From Gammaproteobacteria bacterium (GTDB lineage Bacteria > Pseudomonadota > Gammaproteobacteria > Eutrophobiales > Eutrophobiaceae), in NCBI GenBank assembly GCA_965116495.1, contig OZ220696.1, forward strand, positions 3,680,001 to 3,744,000: 64,000 nucleotides of DNA, given 5' to 3'. Every line of letters starts with the position of its first letter. The stretch's first letter is position 1. A program made the position numbers and the translations under genes. This document shows positions 50,720-59,547 of this stretch, piece by piece. The notes below the pieces were generated by a model. The model saw only the letters and a program-made list of their open reading frames with translations. It had not been told where the DNA came from and did not search any database.

Positions 50720-52081
50720 TCAGCGGGCCTTTCTGAAGCGCAAGCCATACATCAGGCGCCCGTAGAAGTTGAACCACTTGCGCGCTGCGGAATCCTGGAA
50801 CGGGTAGTCCGCGCCGAGCTGTCTCGCGGTAACCAGGCCGGTCACGAAACAGGTCTCCTGGCTGTTGATCAAGGTGTGGGCGCCACAGTGCCAGGTGCGC
50901 CGCCTGCCCTGGACAAATCGAAACAAGTGGACCAGGAAAGCCACGTGACGCACGTCGTGCACGATGTGCTGAAACCACCATTTCCTGATGATCTTTCCTT
51001 CCTCGATACGACTGATCGGATTATAGGTCACCAGGCATGGCTTGTCCGAGCGCTTCGCCCACGGCTGCTGGTTGTGCATGATGTAGGTAATCTCGTAGTT
51101 GTCCGGCCTGGCGCCGTACTGCTCGATATGGTTGCTGCGGGTGTCCAGCGCCTTGACCGCGCTGTCCGGGAGAACCGAGGCGTCCGAATGGATGACCGTA
51201 TGGTTGTGCAATTCGCTCTCGTACCGGATCGAAGACAGCAGGAAGCTCTCCAGCAAGGTCGGTTCGTCCAGGATCATCAGCGTTTGATTCGCGTTGCACG
51301 CAAAAACCACATCGTCGAACGTCTCCGTCTCCCCGTTCTCATCCTCTACGACGACATCGGACGGTCCCCGGCGCACTTTCCGGACCGGGCGGTCCAGGTA
51401 GATCCTGTCCTCAAAGTCCGCCGACATGGCTTCATAAATACGTCGCGTGCCCCCGCCCCAGGTCTGCATCGGCGTTGCAGTTTCGATATCGAAGAACTCC
51501 AGGTAGCGGGAAAACAGGGACGCGGGCATGTCGAACACGTTTGTCGCCATCAAGAAGTTAACGAACATGGGTTTCAGTATCTTGTACCTGAAATCGCCTG
51601 AAAACCTGCCGACGTTGAGGACCGTACCCATGCTGACGTAATTGAACGGGTTGAGCGCGTTGAGCAAGCGGGACCTGGACTTGTTGAGCCGGCCAAACCA
51701 TTTCAGGCGCCTGAGCAGGTTCTGGAATTTCTCAATCTCCGGTTGTAACTGCCTCCTGATGTCGGAGTCGAAATCGTGGGCATAGACGCCGCCGTGATAC
51801 TTCACGCTGTAGCTGAACCTGGTATCGACCAGGTCGATGCCGTGCTGCCGCATGAACAGGAGAATATGATGGTATACCGAGGGGATGCACGCGGTTACGG
51901 AAATATCGAACGGGATTGAGGAGCCGTCGTCCTGCGGCATGTCCACGGTAATGGCGTTGCCGCCGATCCGGGACTGCGCCTCAAACACTCGAAAATCGAA
52001 GCGATCGGGGTGACGATGCAGCGCCCAGGCTACCCCGAGACCTGAAACTCCTGCACCGATAATGGCAATTTTTTTGGGCAT
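50720..52081 (-). CDS. FAD-dependent oxidoreductase (predicted NAD/FAD-binding, amine oxidase-like fold)
   Basis: IIGAGVSGL, FEAQSRIGG and WHCGAH. Confidence 0.75.
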   Translation of the reverse strand: MPKKIAIIGAGVSGLGVAWALHRHPDRFDFRVFEAQSRIGGNAITVDMPQDDGSSIPFDISVTACIPSVYHHILLFMRQHGIDLVDTRFSYSVKYHGGVYAHDFDSDIRRQLQPEIEKFQNLLRRLKWFGRLNKSRSRLLNALNPFNYVSMGTVLNVGRFSGDFRYKILKPMFVNFLMATNVFDMPASLFSRYLEFFDIETATPMQTWGGGTRRIYEAMSADFEDRIYLDRPVRKVRRGPSDVVVEDENGETETFDDVVFACNANQTLMILDEPTLLESFLLSSIRYESELHNHTVIHSDASVLPDSAVKALDTRSNHIEQYGARPDNYEITYIMHNQQPWAKRSDKPCLVTYNPISRIEEGKIIRKWWFQHIVHDVRHVAFLVHLFRFVQGRRRTWHCGAHTLINSQETCFVTGLVTARQLGADYPFQDSAARKWFNFYGRLMYGLRFRKAR

Positions 52082-52117
52082 GGCGGGTCCCCGCTTCATC
52101 GCCGAGCTTGCGGCGCA

Positions 52118-52354
52118 TTACCAGTCTTCCCTGGTCAACGATACCCATTGCATCTCCGCCAGGGCCTCGTCGACGTGAGATGATTCCTCGGCGTAAACTG
52201 CATCAAGCGACTCTCGCACCCCGTCGTGCCTATGCGCCTGAATGTAATTCTCCAGTGCGTGACGAAAAAGCTCACTTCTCGACATGCCCATGCGTTCAGC
52301 CAGTGATTCGGCGATATGGAATAACGAGTCAGGGATGGAAATTGCCGTCTTCAT
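52118..52354 (-). CDS. Ribbon-helix-helix antitoxin (ChpI/MazE-like), apparently orphan
   Basis: MKTAISIPDSLF...MSRSELF...LDAVY...W. Confidence 0.75.
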   Translation of the reverse strand: MKTAISIPDSLFHIAESLAERMGMSRSELFRHALENYIQAHRHDGVRESLDAVYAEESSHVDEALAEMQWVSLTREDW

Positions 52355-52396
52355 ACTTTGAGTATAACTTCAGTTATACCGCTCGGCAACACTTAA

Positions 52397-52618
52397 GGAA
52401 CCTCTGATTAAGTCAGAGGTTCCGACGGTACAGGGATGTGCCGTCAAAATCAATGGCTATATGTCATTGATTTTGGGAGCAAAATAAAATCGCATTTTTG
52501 TTTTCACTCGCTACATCCTGGTAGCTCGCCGCAAGGCGGCAACAAGTTGTGCAAATCGGCTATCCTGCCGATTTGTGCGTGCTCTGACAAGTCTCGGATG
52601 GACTTGATCAGAGCTTCC
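52397..52618. mobile_element. MITE-like element with terminal inverted repeats and a nested hairpin insert
   Basis: GGAACCTCTGATTAAGTC ... GACTTGATCAGAGCTTCC; homologous to 63383-63535. Confidence 0.75.
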
Positions 52619-52841
52619 ATTATATAAATACTCCGTTATTCAGTAAGTTATATAATATTATGGCGCCCTGAAGGGTAGAACCTGTTATGTAAGTATTTGA
52701 TTGAGCCGAATATTATTCATCAGGATTTATTGCATCCCAACCATCGTACCAACATTTTTTTGGCCATTACAAGCGGATTATCTGCCAGGTGTCATTGGAC
52801 CGGATGACAGCGGTAAAGACTACAGAACAAACCAAGCTTGG

Positions 52842-53258
52842 TTAGGCGATCTCTGCGGTTAATCTGTCAGCAACGATTTGCGCGGTTCGAATCAATGCAT
52901 CCAGCAATCCGGTATCTATGTCAAGATCGCCCTCGTATTCCGCCAGATTACGTTTCCGGTGCGCCTGCTCAAGAATACGCCACTGTTCGTTCGCAATATC
53001 CAGGGTGTGCTTGAGACACTGGAACACAATGTACCGATTCTCTCCCCTGTACCCCAACCTGCGTAGCGCCGCGTGTGACAACGCATGTGCCGCGTTGTAT
53101 GCGAGGTCGAACCGTGACTCGATACTAAGCGATTTATCTTTTGCGTCATGGAGTCTGGCAAGACCGGAGCGCATCAACCCGGCCACCTCTCTCTCCGAAG
53201 ACGGCTCGGCTTTAAGGTGGCCGGTCTTTACCAGGTTGTTTAACTGTTCATGCGGCAC
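52842..53258 (-). CDS. HEPN-like protein (putative toxin of an MNT-HEPN pair)
   Basis: FDLAYNAAH and HRKRNLAEY (RNxxxY); overlaps the MNT gene. Confidence 0.72.
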   Translation of the reverse strand: MPHEQLNNLVKTGHLKAEPSSEREVAGLMRSGLARLHDAKDKSLSIESRFDLAYNAAHALSHAALRRLGYRGENRYIVFQCLKHTLDIANEQWRILEQAHRKRNLAEYEGDLDIDTGLLDALIRTAQIVADRLTAEIA

Positions 53259-53931
53259 CGATTTGTCCCTTGAGCAAGACGATTGGTCCTTCCAGCACGC
53301 GTGTCAGGAAAGGGTTGCCGTTTGTACGTCGCTGGTTGAACTCCGTTACCGTGTAAAGGGTGAGGCTGATTTGCCTGCCCAACTCTTTCTCGGCAATTGA
53401 CAGGTGCGAGTAAAGCGTTTCCAGGGTCAGGTCGTCGGATACGACGAGCAGGTCAATGTCGCTCTGCGCGGTATCGGCCTGCTTCGCCACCGAACCGTAA
53501 ATGAGGGCGAGGGACATCAGTGCCGCCAATGGTTCGAGCGCTACCCGCACTTGCTCCTGCAGGCCAACGGTCTTGAGGATAATTGAACATAACTCTTTGT
53601 ATATGGGCGCCTCCTCATTGGCCTGGTAGTGCTTCCGGTTCCCGTATCGCTTTGTCACGACCAGGCCGCTTTGCTCAAGACGAGCCAGATCGCGCTGAAC
53701 GGCGCCGCGCCCGACATTGGCGAGTTCTATCAATTCAGTAACGTAGAAACTCCTTCCGGGCTGACCGAACAACAAACCAAGCAGTCGTTGCTGGGTTGTG
53801 GTGAACAACGCATCCGCCATGGACTGTGAATAGGTGCCCGACTTGTCCGCTTTGGCAAGGGCCAGAGGCTGATTGAAGGAAAGACTCATACCCATAGAGG
53901 GTACTTTAGACCCCTTTTTGGGGATGGTCAA
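53248..53931 (-). CDS. HTH plus minimal nucleotidyltransferase (MNT) protein; start uncertain
   Basis: N-terminal wHTH and YGSVAK...SDIDLLVV. Confidence 0.82.
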   Translation of the reverse strand: MTIPKKGSKVPSMGMSLSFNQPLALAKADKSGTYSQSMADALFTTTQQRLLGLLFGQPGRSFYVTELIELANVGRGAVQRDLARLEQSGLVVTKRYGNRKHYQANEEAPIYKELCSIILKTVGLQEQVRVALEPLAALMSLALIYGSVAKQADTAQSDIDLLVVSDDLTLETLYSHLSIAEKELGRQISLTLYTVTEFNQRRTNGNPFLTRVLEGPIVLLKGQIGAA

Positions 53932-53952
53932 GCTTTACATTATACCGTTCCG

Positions 53953-54060
53953 CTATGCTTGAGCCATGAAGACCCTGAGCGCCGTCACCAGTTTCTCGGC
54001 GGTTTCCTTGGCCAGAAAATGTCCACAGTCCTCGAATTCATGTAGTTCGAAGTCAAAAAA
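53953..54060 (-). pseudogene. 3' fragment of an alpha/beta hydrolase gene
   Basis: Translates as ...ELHEFEDCGHFLAKETAEKLVTALRVFMAQA*, the catalytic-His end of hydrolases; no 5' part. Confidence 0.5.
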
Positions 54061-54062
54061 AG

Positions 54063-54136
54063 CGCCCTGAAGAGGATTCGAACCTCTGGCCTTCCGCTTA
54101 GGAGGCGGACGCTCTATCCGTCTGAGCTATCAGGGC
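54063..54136 (-). tRNA. tRNA-Arg(CCT), CCA not encoded
   Basis: GCCCTGA/TCAGGGC acceptor stem, TCCGC-CTCCTAA-GCGGA anticodon arm and GTTCGAATC T-loop. Confidence 0.95.
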
Positions 54137-54408
54137 GTGGCTATACGGTTTACCCGAAATCCTGGCTCGGCGACCTGCCAGGGTGTCATTATAGAGTTTA
54201 GCAGCAGCTAAATAAATCGTGCAGGTTTGAAACCTCAAAAGATATCCCGATATTCCTGGTCGCAGCACATATATATGTAACGGGAATGTATTGATAATAC
54301 CGGAGAATTTACACTATACTGCACTCGTTGCGATTGACGATAAATTGCCGGCGCCATTCCTGTCGAAACGATTGGACGGGGTAGCTGTCGTGATGGGGCT
54401 CTGTCTTG

Positions 54409-55083
54409 ATGCACAAATATTCCATTATTATTCCCGCTTTGAATGAGGCGGATTATCTCGGCGCAAACCTGGAGCGTCTTCAGGCCGCTCGCGGCAGGGG
54501 CCATGAGGTGATTCTTGTTGACGGCGGCAGCACGGATGAGACTTGCAGGATCGCGGCAGGGAGGGTCGATTACGTTCTGGAATGCACCCCGGGCCGGGCC
54601 GGGCAGATGAACCGCGGTGCGCAGATTGCCCGAGGCGACATCTTCGTCTTTCTCCATGCCGATACCCTGCTGCATGACGAATTTGACAGGATCCTGGATA
54701 CGCACCCCGTGTCTGAGGACACCTGGGGGCGCTTTGATATCAGGTTGTCCGGCAACCATTTCATGTTCCGCTTTATAGAGATTTTTATGAATGCCCGTTC
54801 CCGGCTTACCGGTATTGCGACAGGCGACCAGGCTATCTTTACCGGCCGGCGTATTTTCCGGCAGGTGAACGGTTATGCGGATATCCCGTTGATGGAAGAC
54901 GTGGAAATGTCTTCAAGGTTGAAACAAATCTCTGCGCCTGCCTGTATCGGACAAAAGGTGACCAGTTCGTCCCGGCGCTGGGAAAAACACGGTATTGCCA
55001 GGACAACCCTGCTCTATTGGAAATTAAGGTTCTGTTATGGAATCGGATTCGACCCGCGCGAACTCGTCAAGCAGTATTATTAA
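54409..55083 (+). CDS. GT2 glycosyltransferase (TIGR04283-like)
   Basis: IIPALNE, DGGSTD, GRAGQMN, FLHADT, ATGDQ, LMED and SSRRW. Confidence 0.85.
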   Translation: MHKYSIIIPALNEADYLGANLERLQAARGRGHEVILVDGGSTDETCRIAAGRVDYVLECTPGRAGQMNRGAQIARGDIFVFLHADTLLHDEFDRILDTHPVSEDTWGRFDIRLSGNHFMFRFIEIFMNARSRLTGIATGDQAIFTGRRIFRQVNGYADIPLMEDVEMSSRLKQISAPACIGQKVTSSSRRWEKHGIARTTLLYWKLRFCYGIGFDPRELVKQYY

Positions 55084-55699
55084 AACTGAAGCAGTATTGC
55101 TCGTTTTCACTAAAACGCCCGTCCCGGGACGCGTGAAAACCCGCCTTCTGGCTGTTATGGGACCCGAACAGGCTGCCGCAATTACGGTTGATTTGTTACG
55201 ACGGACCCTAGACGTTGCCCGCCGCTCCTGTGTCAGGGATATCGAGTTATGGTGTACGCCGACTGCGCGGCATCCCACCCTGGTTGAGCTTGGGGAAAAT
55301 TTTTCCGTGGCGCTGCAAACCCAGACTGGCGCCGACCTGGGTGAGCGCATGTATTCCGCTATGGAGCAGGCCCTGGACAGTTACCGCCATGTCATGCTGG
55401 CCGGTGCCGATTGCATTGACCTGGCCGTTGCGGATATTGATCTTGCCCGGGAAAAACTGGCGCAGGGATACGATGTTGTCCTGGGTCCGTCCCTGGACGG
55501 CGGCTATCACCTGATCGGGTTGAGCAGGTTATACCGGGAATTGTTTATGGGTATTGAGTGGGGGACGGACTCTGTATTGCGGGAAACCCGGAAGCGTGTT
55601 GCGCAATTGGACTTAAAGCTGTACGAACTGCCCGGACGGCGCGACCTCGACCGTCCCGAGGACCTGGACTATCTGGGTGACGGGATAAATGAGGTCTGA
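55037..55699 (+). CDS. DUF2064 glycosyltransferase-like protein (TIGR04282-like); start uncertain
   Basis: PVPGRVKTRL, QTGADLGERM, LGPSLDGGY and DLDRPEDL. Confidence 0.85.
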   Translation: MESDSTRANSSSSIIKTEAVLLVFTKTPVPGRVKTRLLAVMGPEQAAAITVDLLRRTLDVARRSCVRDIELWCTPTARHPTLVELGENFSVALQTQTGADLGERMYSAMEQALDSYRHVMLAGADCIDLAVADIDLAREKLAQGYDVVLGPSLDGGYHLIGLSRLYRELFMGIEWGTDSVLRETRKRVAQLDLKLYELPGRRDLDRPEDLDYLGDGINEV

Positions 55700-55716
55700 C
55701 CCCATTTTTACATTTA

Positions 55717-56208
55717 TCAGTTCGCCTTTTCTTCCTCGGGGCCGTATTGCCTGATCAATTTCCGCGCAAGTTTTTCCGCTTCTTCCAGTTCCGCCGGCGC
55801 CAGGTTCTCCCTGGCCGCCGCTATTGCGCCTATCGATTTCTTGTGCTCGTGCTCTGCGCCCACCCGATACCAGGCATACGCGTACTCATAGTCTCTCGGC
55901 ACACCCCGGCCTTTCATATAAAGCTCTGCCAGCCTGTACTGGGCTTGCTTGACGCGTTGTTCCGCCGCCTTACGGAACCATTTCGCCGCGTCCTCGTAGT
56001 TTTGCCCGACGCCATTCCCGCGTAAATACATCATGCCAACGTAATATTGGGCAAGACCGTGTTCCGAGGTTTCCGCGAGCGAACGCATGGTGTTGTAGGC
56101 CTGTTCATACTCACCTCTGGCATAGGCGTAAACACCGTCGTTAAAATCGGCAAGCGCCGGGGTAACCGGCAAACACACCAGGGTAATCAGCAGGTAAAGT
56201 TTTTTCAT
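55717..56208 (-). CDS. Secreted Sel1-repeat protein
   Basis: Signal peptide; AQYYVGMMYLRGNGV and AQYRLAELYMKGRGV. Confidence 0.9.
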   Translation of the reverse strand: MKKLYLLITLVCLPVTPALADFNDGVYAYARGEYEQAYNTMRSLAETSEHGLAQYYVGMMYLRGNGVGQNYEDAAKWFRKAAEQRVKQAQYRLAELYMKGRGVPRDYEYAYAWYRVGAEHEHKKSIGAIAAARENLAPAELEEAEKLARKLIRQYGPEEEKAN

Positions 56209-56229
56209 GGGCGTCATTATACAGAACTT

Positions 56230-56355
56230 AATTTGGGACACCCATAAATTTAGATTTATAGAACTTAATTTGGGACACCCATAAATTTAGATTTATTGAA
56301 AATTCATGGGTGTCCCAAATTGAGATATGTTGAAAATTCATGGGTGTCCCAAATT
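56230..56355. repeat. 21-bp repeat cluster (F,F,R,R)
   Basis: Copies at 56230, 56267, 56301 and 56335. Confidence 0.92.
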
Positions 56356-56360
56356 AAGAT

Positions 56361-57254
56361 TTACATGCCCAGTTCTGAGAGGAGGGTGGCGATGGAACGG
56401 GCGGATTGTCCCGGCGCCATCAGGTGGACGCCGGCTATGCCGTCTATCTTCTGCATGGCCTCGATCAATTCGATACAGATGCGCCGGCCTTCCTGTTTCG
56501 GATCGGTGCTGTCTTCCAGGCGCTGTACCAGGGAATCCGGGACAGCCACTCCCCAGAGGTTTTCGCGCATCCACCCGGCGGAGCGGGCAGAGGCTACGGG
56601 CCCCAGTCCGATGAGAATTTTTGCCCTGTCGAGCAAACCCCATTCCCCCATTCCCCCGATGTATGCCTCGATCAGGTCAATGTCGTAGCACAACTGGGTC
56701 TGTATGAAGCGGGCGCCTGCATCTATCTTCTTGGTGATGACGGGCGGCGCTCCCTTGTCACCGAGTCGCTGCGGCAGGTCTGCCGAACCGATGTGGAACT
56801 GTGGGGGAGGGTCAATTGCACGGCCGTTCGGAAGTGCGCCTTTCTCACACATATCCCGGGCGAGGGCGATCAAGGCGGTGCTGTCAATATCATGAACCGC
56901 TTTTGCATCGGGTTGATCGCCTTTGGCCGGGTCATCTCCCGTCAGCAGCAACAGGTTGGAGACGCCGAATGCCGCACAACCGACCAGGTCGGCGCAGAGC
57001 GCGATCCGGTTACGGTCGCGGCAAGTCAGTTGCAGCACCGGTTCCATATCATTGACGGCAAGCAGGGTGGCGGCAGCAACACTCGACATGCTGGTCTTCG
57101 CTGCTGCGCCGTCGGTAACGTTAATCGCTTCGACCCGGCTCTTGAGTAAATCTGCCTCCTCCAGCAGGCTGTCGGCTGCGGCCGCCAGCGGCGGCACCAG
57201 TTCCGCGGTAAAACAGAATTTCCCTGCATTAAGGGAGTTTTCAAGCTGGTTCAA
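56361..57254 (-). CDS. metF: Methylenetetrahydrofolate reductase family protein
   Basis: INVTD, LTCRDRNR, TGDDP, KIDAGARFIQTQ and GVHLM. Confidence 0.8.
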   Translation of the reverse strand: MNQLENSLNAGKFCFTAELVPPLAAAADSLLEEADLLKSRVEAINVTDGAAAKTSMSSVAAATLLAVNDMEPVLQLTCRDRNRIALCADLVGCAAFGVSNLLLLTGDDPAKGDQPDAKAVHDIDSTALIALARDMCEKGALPNGRAIDPPPQFHIGSADLPQRLGDKGAPPVITKKIDAGARFIQTQLCYDIDLIEAYIGGMGEWGLLDRAKILIGLGPVASARSAGWMRENLWGVAVPDSLVQRLEDSTDPKQEGRRICIELIEAMQKIDGIAGVHLMAPGQSARSIATLLSELGM

Positions 57255-57272
57255 TGTTGTCTCCTGTTTTTC

Positions 57273-58070
57273 TCATGGCTGGAGTAATGTGCGGGCCAGT
57301 ATATTGTGGACGGCTTCCGGTTGTTCGGACAGCATCATGTGGCCGCAATCCGGCAGGGTCTCCACCTGCACGTCAGCAAGTGCGGTGATGAGGTCGGCTG
57401 CCTGTGCCGGCGGCGTCATCCTGTCTTCTTCGCCCAGGACAAGGGTTGCCGGCGCGCTGATATTCCCTGCCGCCCTGATGCCGTTGTCATATTCGTTACA
57501 GGCCGTGAGGTCGGCATACAGAACATTTTCCAGGGACCGTTCAAGTAAACGCATGTTGCTGTTGAGTATATTGATCCCCGCAACCGGGTTACCGCCCAGT
57601 TGCGACGTATATGCATGGGAATACAACATGATCATGTCAACCGCGCTGTGGTCATTTGCCCGTGCGGCGTCAAGCAGGGGATGCGCTACCGTCATGGGCA
57701 GCGCGGCGCCCAGCAAAACGATATTGCTGATCCTTACCTGTGCTTGGTACGCGGCTTCCAGGGCCACCAGCGCACCCATGCTATGGCCGACCAGCGCGGT
57801 CTGTTCAATTCCCAGGGTACCGATAAATTCAAGCAACCAGCGCGCACCAGCTTCAATGGATGGCAGCGGCTCGCCCCCTGAACGACGGTGACCCGGCAGG
57901 TCGACGGCGATGGAATTGATTTTGTGCCTGGCGAAGTAACGGTTGAACAGGGTCCAGACCGTATGGTCGAGGCCGGCGCCATGTACGAAGACAATATTTG
58001 CCAAAGCGGGGTCGAAATCTTCCCTGCCGGTGGCGGCGAAGGCGCTCTGATTGTTCAGTTTAAATTCCAT
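57273..58070 (-). CDS. Alpha/beta hydrolase
   Basis: HGAG, DLPGH, GHSMG and GH motifs. Confidence 0.9.
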   Translation of the reverse strand: MEFKLNNQSAFAATGREDFDPALANIVFVHGAGLDHTVWTLFNRYFARHKINSIAVDLPGHRRSGGEPLPSIEAGARWLLEFIGTLGIEQTALVGHSMGALVALEAAYQAQVRISNIVLLGAALPMTVAHPLLDAARANDHSAVDMIMLYSHAYTSQLGGNPVAGINILNSNMRLLERSLENVLYADLTACNEYDNGIRAAGNISAPATLVLGEEDRMTPPAQAADLITALADVQVETLPDCGHMMLSEQPEAVHNILARTLLQP

Positions 58071-59354
58071 CTATTTCTGTGAGCGATACAATGCTCGCTC
58101 AAGATCGTTGATCAAATCTTCCGGGTCCTCCAGTCCGACGGACAACCTGACGAGTCCCTGGGTGACGCCGGCTTGTGTCAAGGCGTCGTCGTCCATGCGG
58201 CTGTGGGTGGTTGAGGCCGGGTGTATCACCAGGGATTTGGCGTCGCCTACGTTTGCGAGGTGGGAAAAAACCTTCAGGGACTCGATGAATTTACGGCCAG
58301 CGTCGCGCCCACCCTTCAGTTCAAAACTGAACACCGACCCGCAGCCCCGGGGCAACAGTTTCTGCGCCAGCCCGTAATCACGGTGTGCGGGCAGTTCCGG
58401 GTAGGTGACGTATTCGACGGCCTCGTTATTATTGAGGCACTCAACGGTTTTTCTCGTGTTGGCCACGTGTTTATCCATTCTCAGCGCAAGCGTCTCGACC
58501 CCCTGCAGGATATAGAAGGCATTGCCGGGGCTCAGGGCGGCGCCGAAGTCCCGCAGTCCCTCGCGCCGCGCCCGGTGCAGGAAGGCGTCGGGGCCGAAAT
58601 CCTCGGCAAAATCGATGTCAAGTATCCCGGCACTGGGTTCGGTAAGCGTCGTGAATTTACCGGAAGCATCCCAGTCAAAGCGGCCGGAATCCACGATGAT
58701 ACCGCCGATGGCAACACCGTGGCCGCCGATAAACTTGGTGAGGGAGTGGACTACGATATCCGCGCCGTGGTCGAAGGGTTTCAGCAGGTAGGGCGTGGTC
58801 AGGGTTGAATCCAGCATCAGCGGTATTTGCGCGTCATGGGCAATCCCGGCAATGGTCTCGATATCGAGTACTTCGCAGCGCGGGTTGCCTATGGTTTCGG
58901 CATAAACCATGCGGGTTTCGGGCCGTATGGCCTGCCTGAACGCTTCGGGTTCGCCCGGGTCCACGAAAGTTGTGGTGATGCCGAAACGGGACAGGGTGTA
59001 GGTAAACAGGTTGTGGGTGCCGCCGTACAGGGCATGGGATGACACGATATGGCTGCCGCCGTCCATGAGCGTGCATATCGCCAGGTGGATCGCAGCCATG
59101 CCGCTTGCCGTCGCCACGGCGCCGGTGCCGCCTTCCAGCCCGGCAACGCGTTCTTCCAGTACGGCCACGGTCGGGTTGGAGATACGCGAATACACGTGTC
59201 CTGAGCGGGCCAGGTCAAACATGGAGGATGCCTGGTCCGTTTCCCTGAAAACAAACGACGTGGTCTGGTAGATGGGTGCGGCGCGCGCGCCGGTGACGGG
59301 GTCGGGCCGTTGCCCGCCGTGCAGGCTGATGGTATCAAAGCCGGGATACTTCAT
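58071..59354 (-). CDS. metY: O-acetylhomoserine aminocarboxypropyltransferase (MetY-like)
   Basis: YSRISNPT, HSLTKFIGGHG, HLANVGDAKSLVIHPASTTH and RLSVGLE. Confidence 0.88.
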   Translation of the reverse strand: MKYPGFDTISLHGGQRPDPVTGARAAPIYQTTSFVFRETDQASSMFDLARSGHVYSRISNPTVAVLEERVAGLEGGTGAVATASGMAAIHLAICTLMDGGSHIVSSHALYGGTHNLFTYTLSRFGITTTFVDPGEPEAFRQAIRPETRMVYAETIGNPRCEVLDIETIAGIAHDAQIPLMLDSTLTTPYLLKPFDHGADIVVHSLTKFIGGHGVAIGGIIVDSGRFDWDASGKFTTLTEPSAGILDIDFAEDFGPDAFLHRARREGLRDFGAALSPGNAFYILQGVETLALRMDKHVANTRKTVECLNNNEAVEYVTYPELPAHRDYGLAQKLLPRGCGSVFSFELKGGRDAGRKFIESLKVFSHLANVGDAKSLVIHPASTTHSRMDDDALTQAGVTQGLVRLSVGLEDPEDLINDLERALYRSQK

Positions 59355-59357
59355 GAC

Positions 59358-59530
59358 AATTACGAATTACGAATTAGGAATTAGGAATGACAATTCAGCA
59401 TTGTATCTGCTACTACCCCCAATTCCTAATTCCTAATTCCTAATTCCTAATTCCTAATTCCTAATTCGTAATTCGTAATTCGTAATTCGTAATTCGTAAT
59501 TCGTAATTCGTAATTCGTAATTCGTAATTC
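59358..59530. repeat. Heptamer microsatellite with inverted arms
   Basis: (AATTACG)2(AATTAGG)2 on the left; (AATTCCT)6(AATTCGT)9 on the right. Confidence 0.95.
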
Positions 59531-59547
59531 TCAATTATACTATTGTC

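Larger units (their letters stand above)
52661..54073. mobile_element. Degraded integrative islet at the tRNA-Arg 3' end
   Basis: Direct repeat GCGCCCTGAAG at 52663 and 54062; no integrase; carries MNT-HEPN. Confidence 0.6.

Noticed and set aside
2114-56355. 21-bp repeat clusters as CRISPR arrays
   Set aside because: Spacers are mostly only about 13 nt, arrays have 1-5 copies in mixed orientation, and no cas genes or leader are present.
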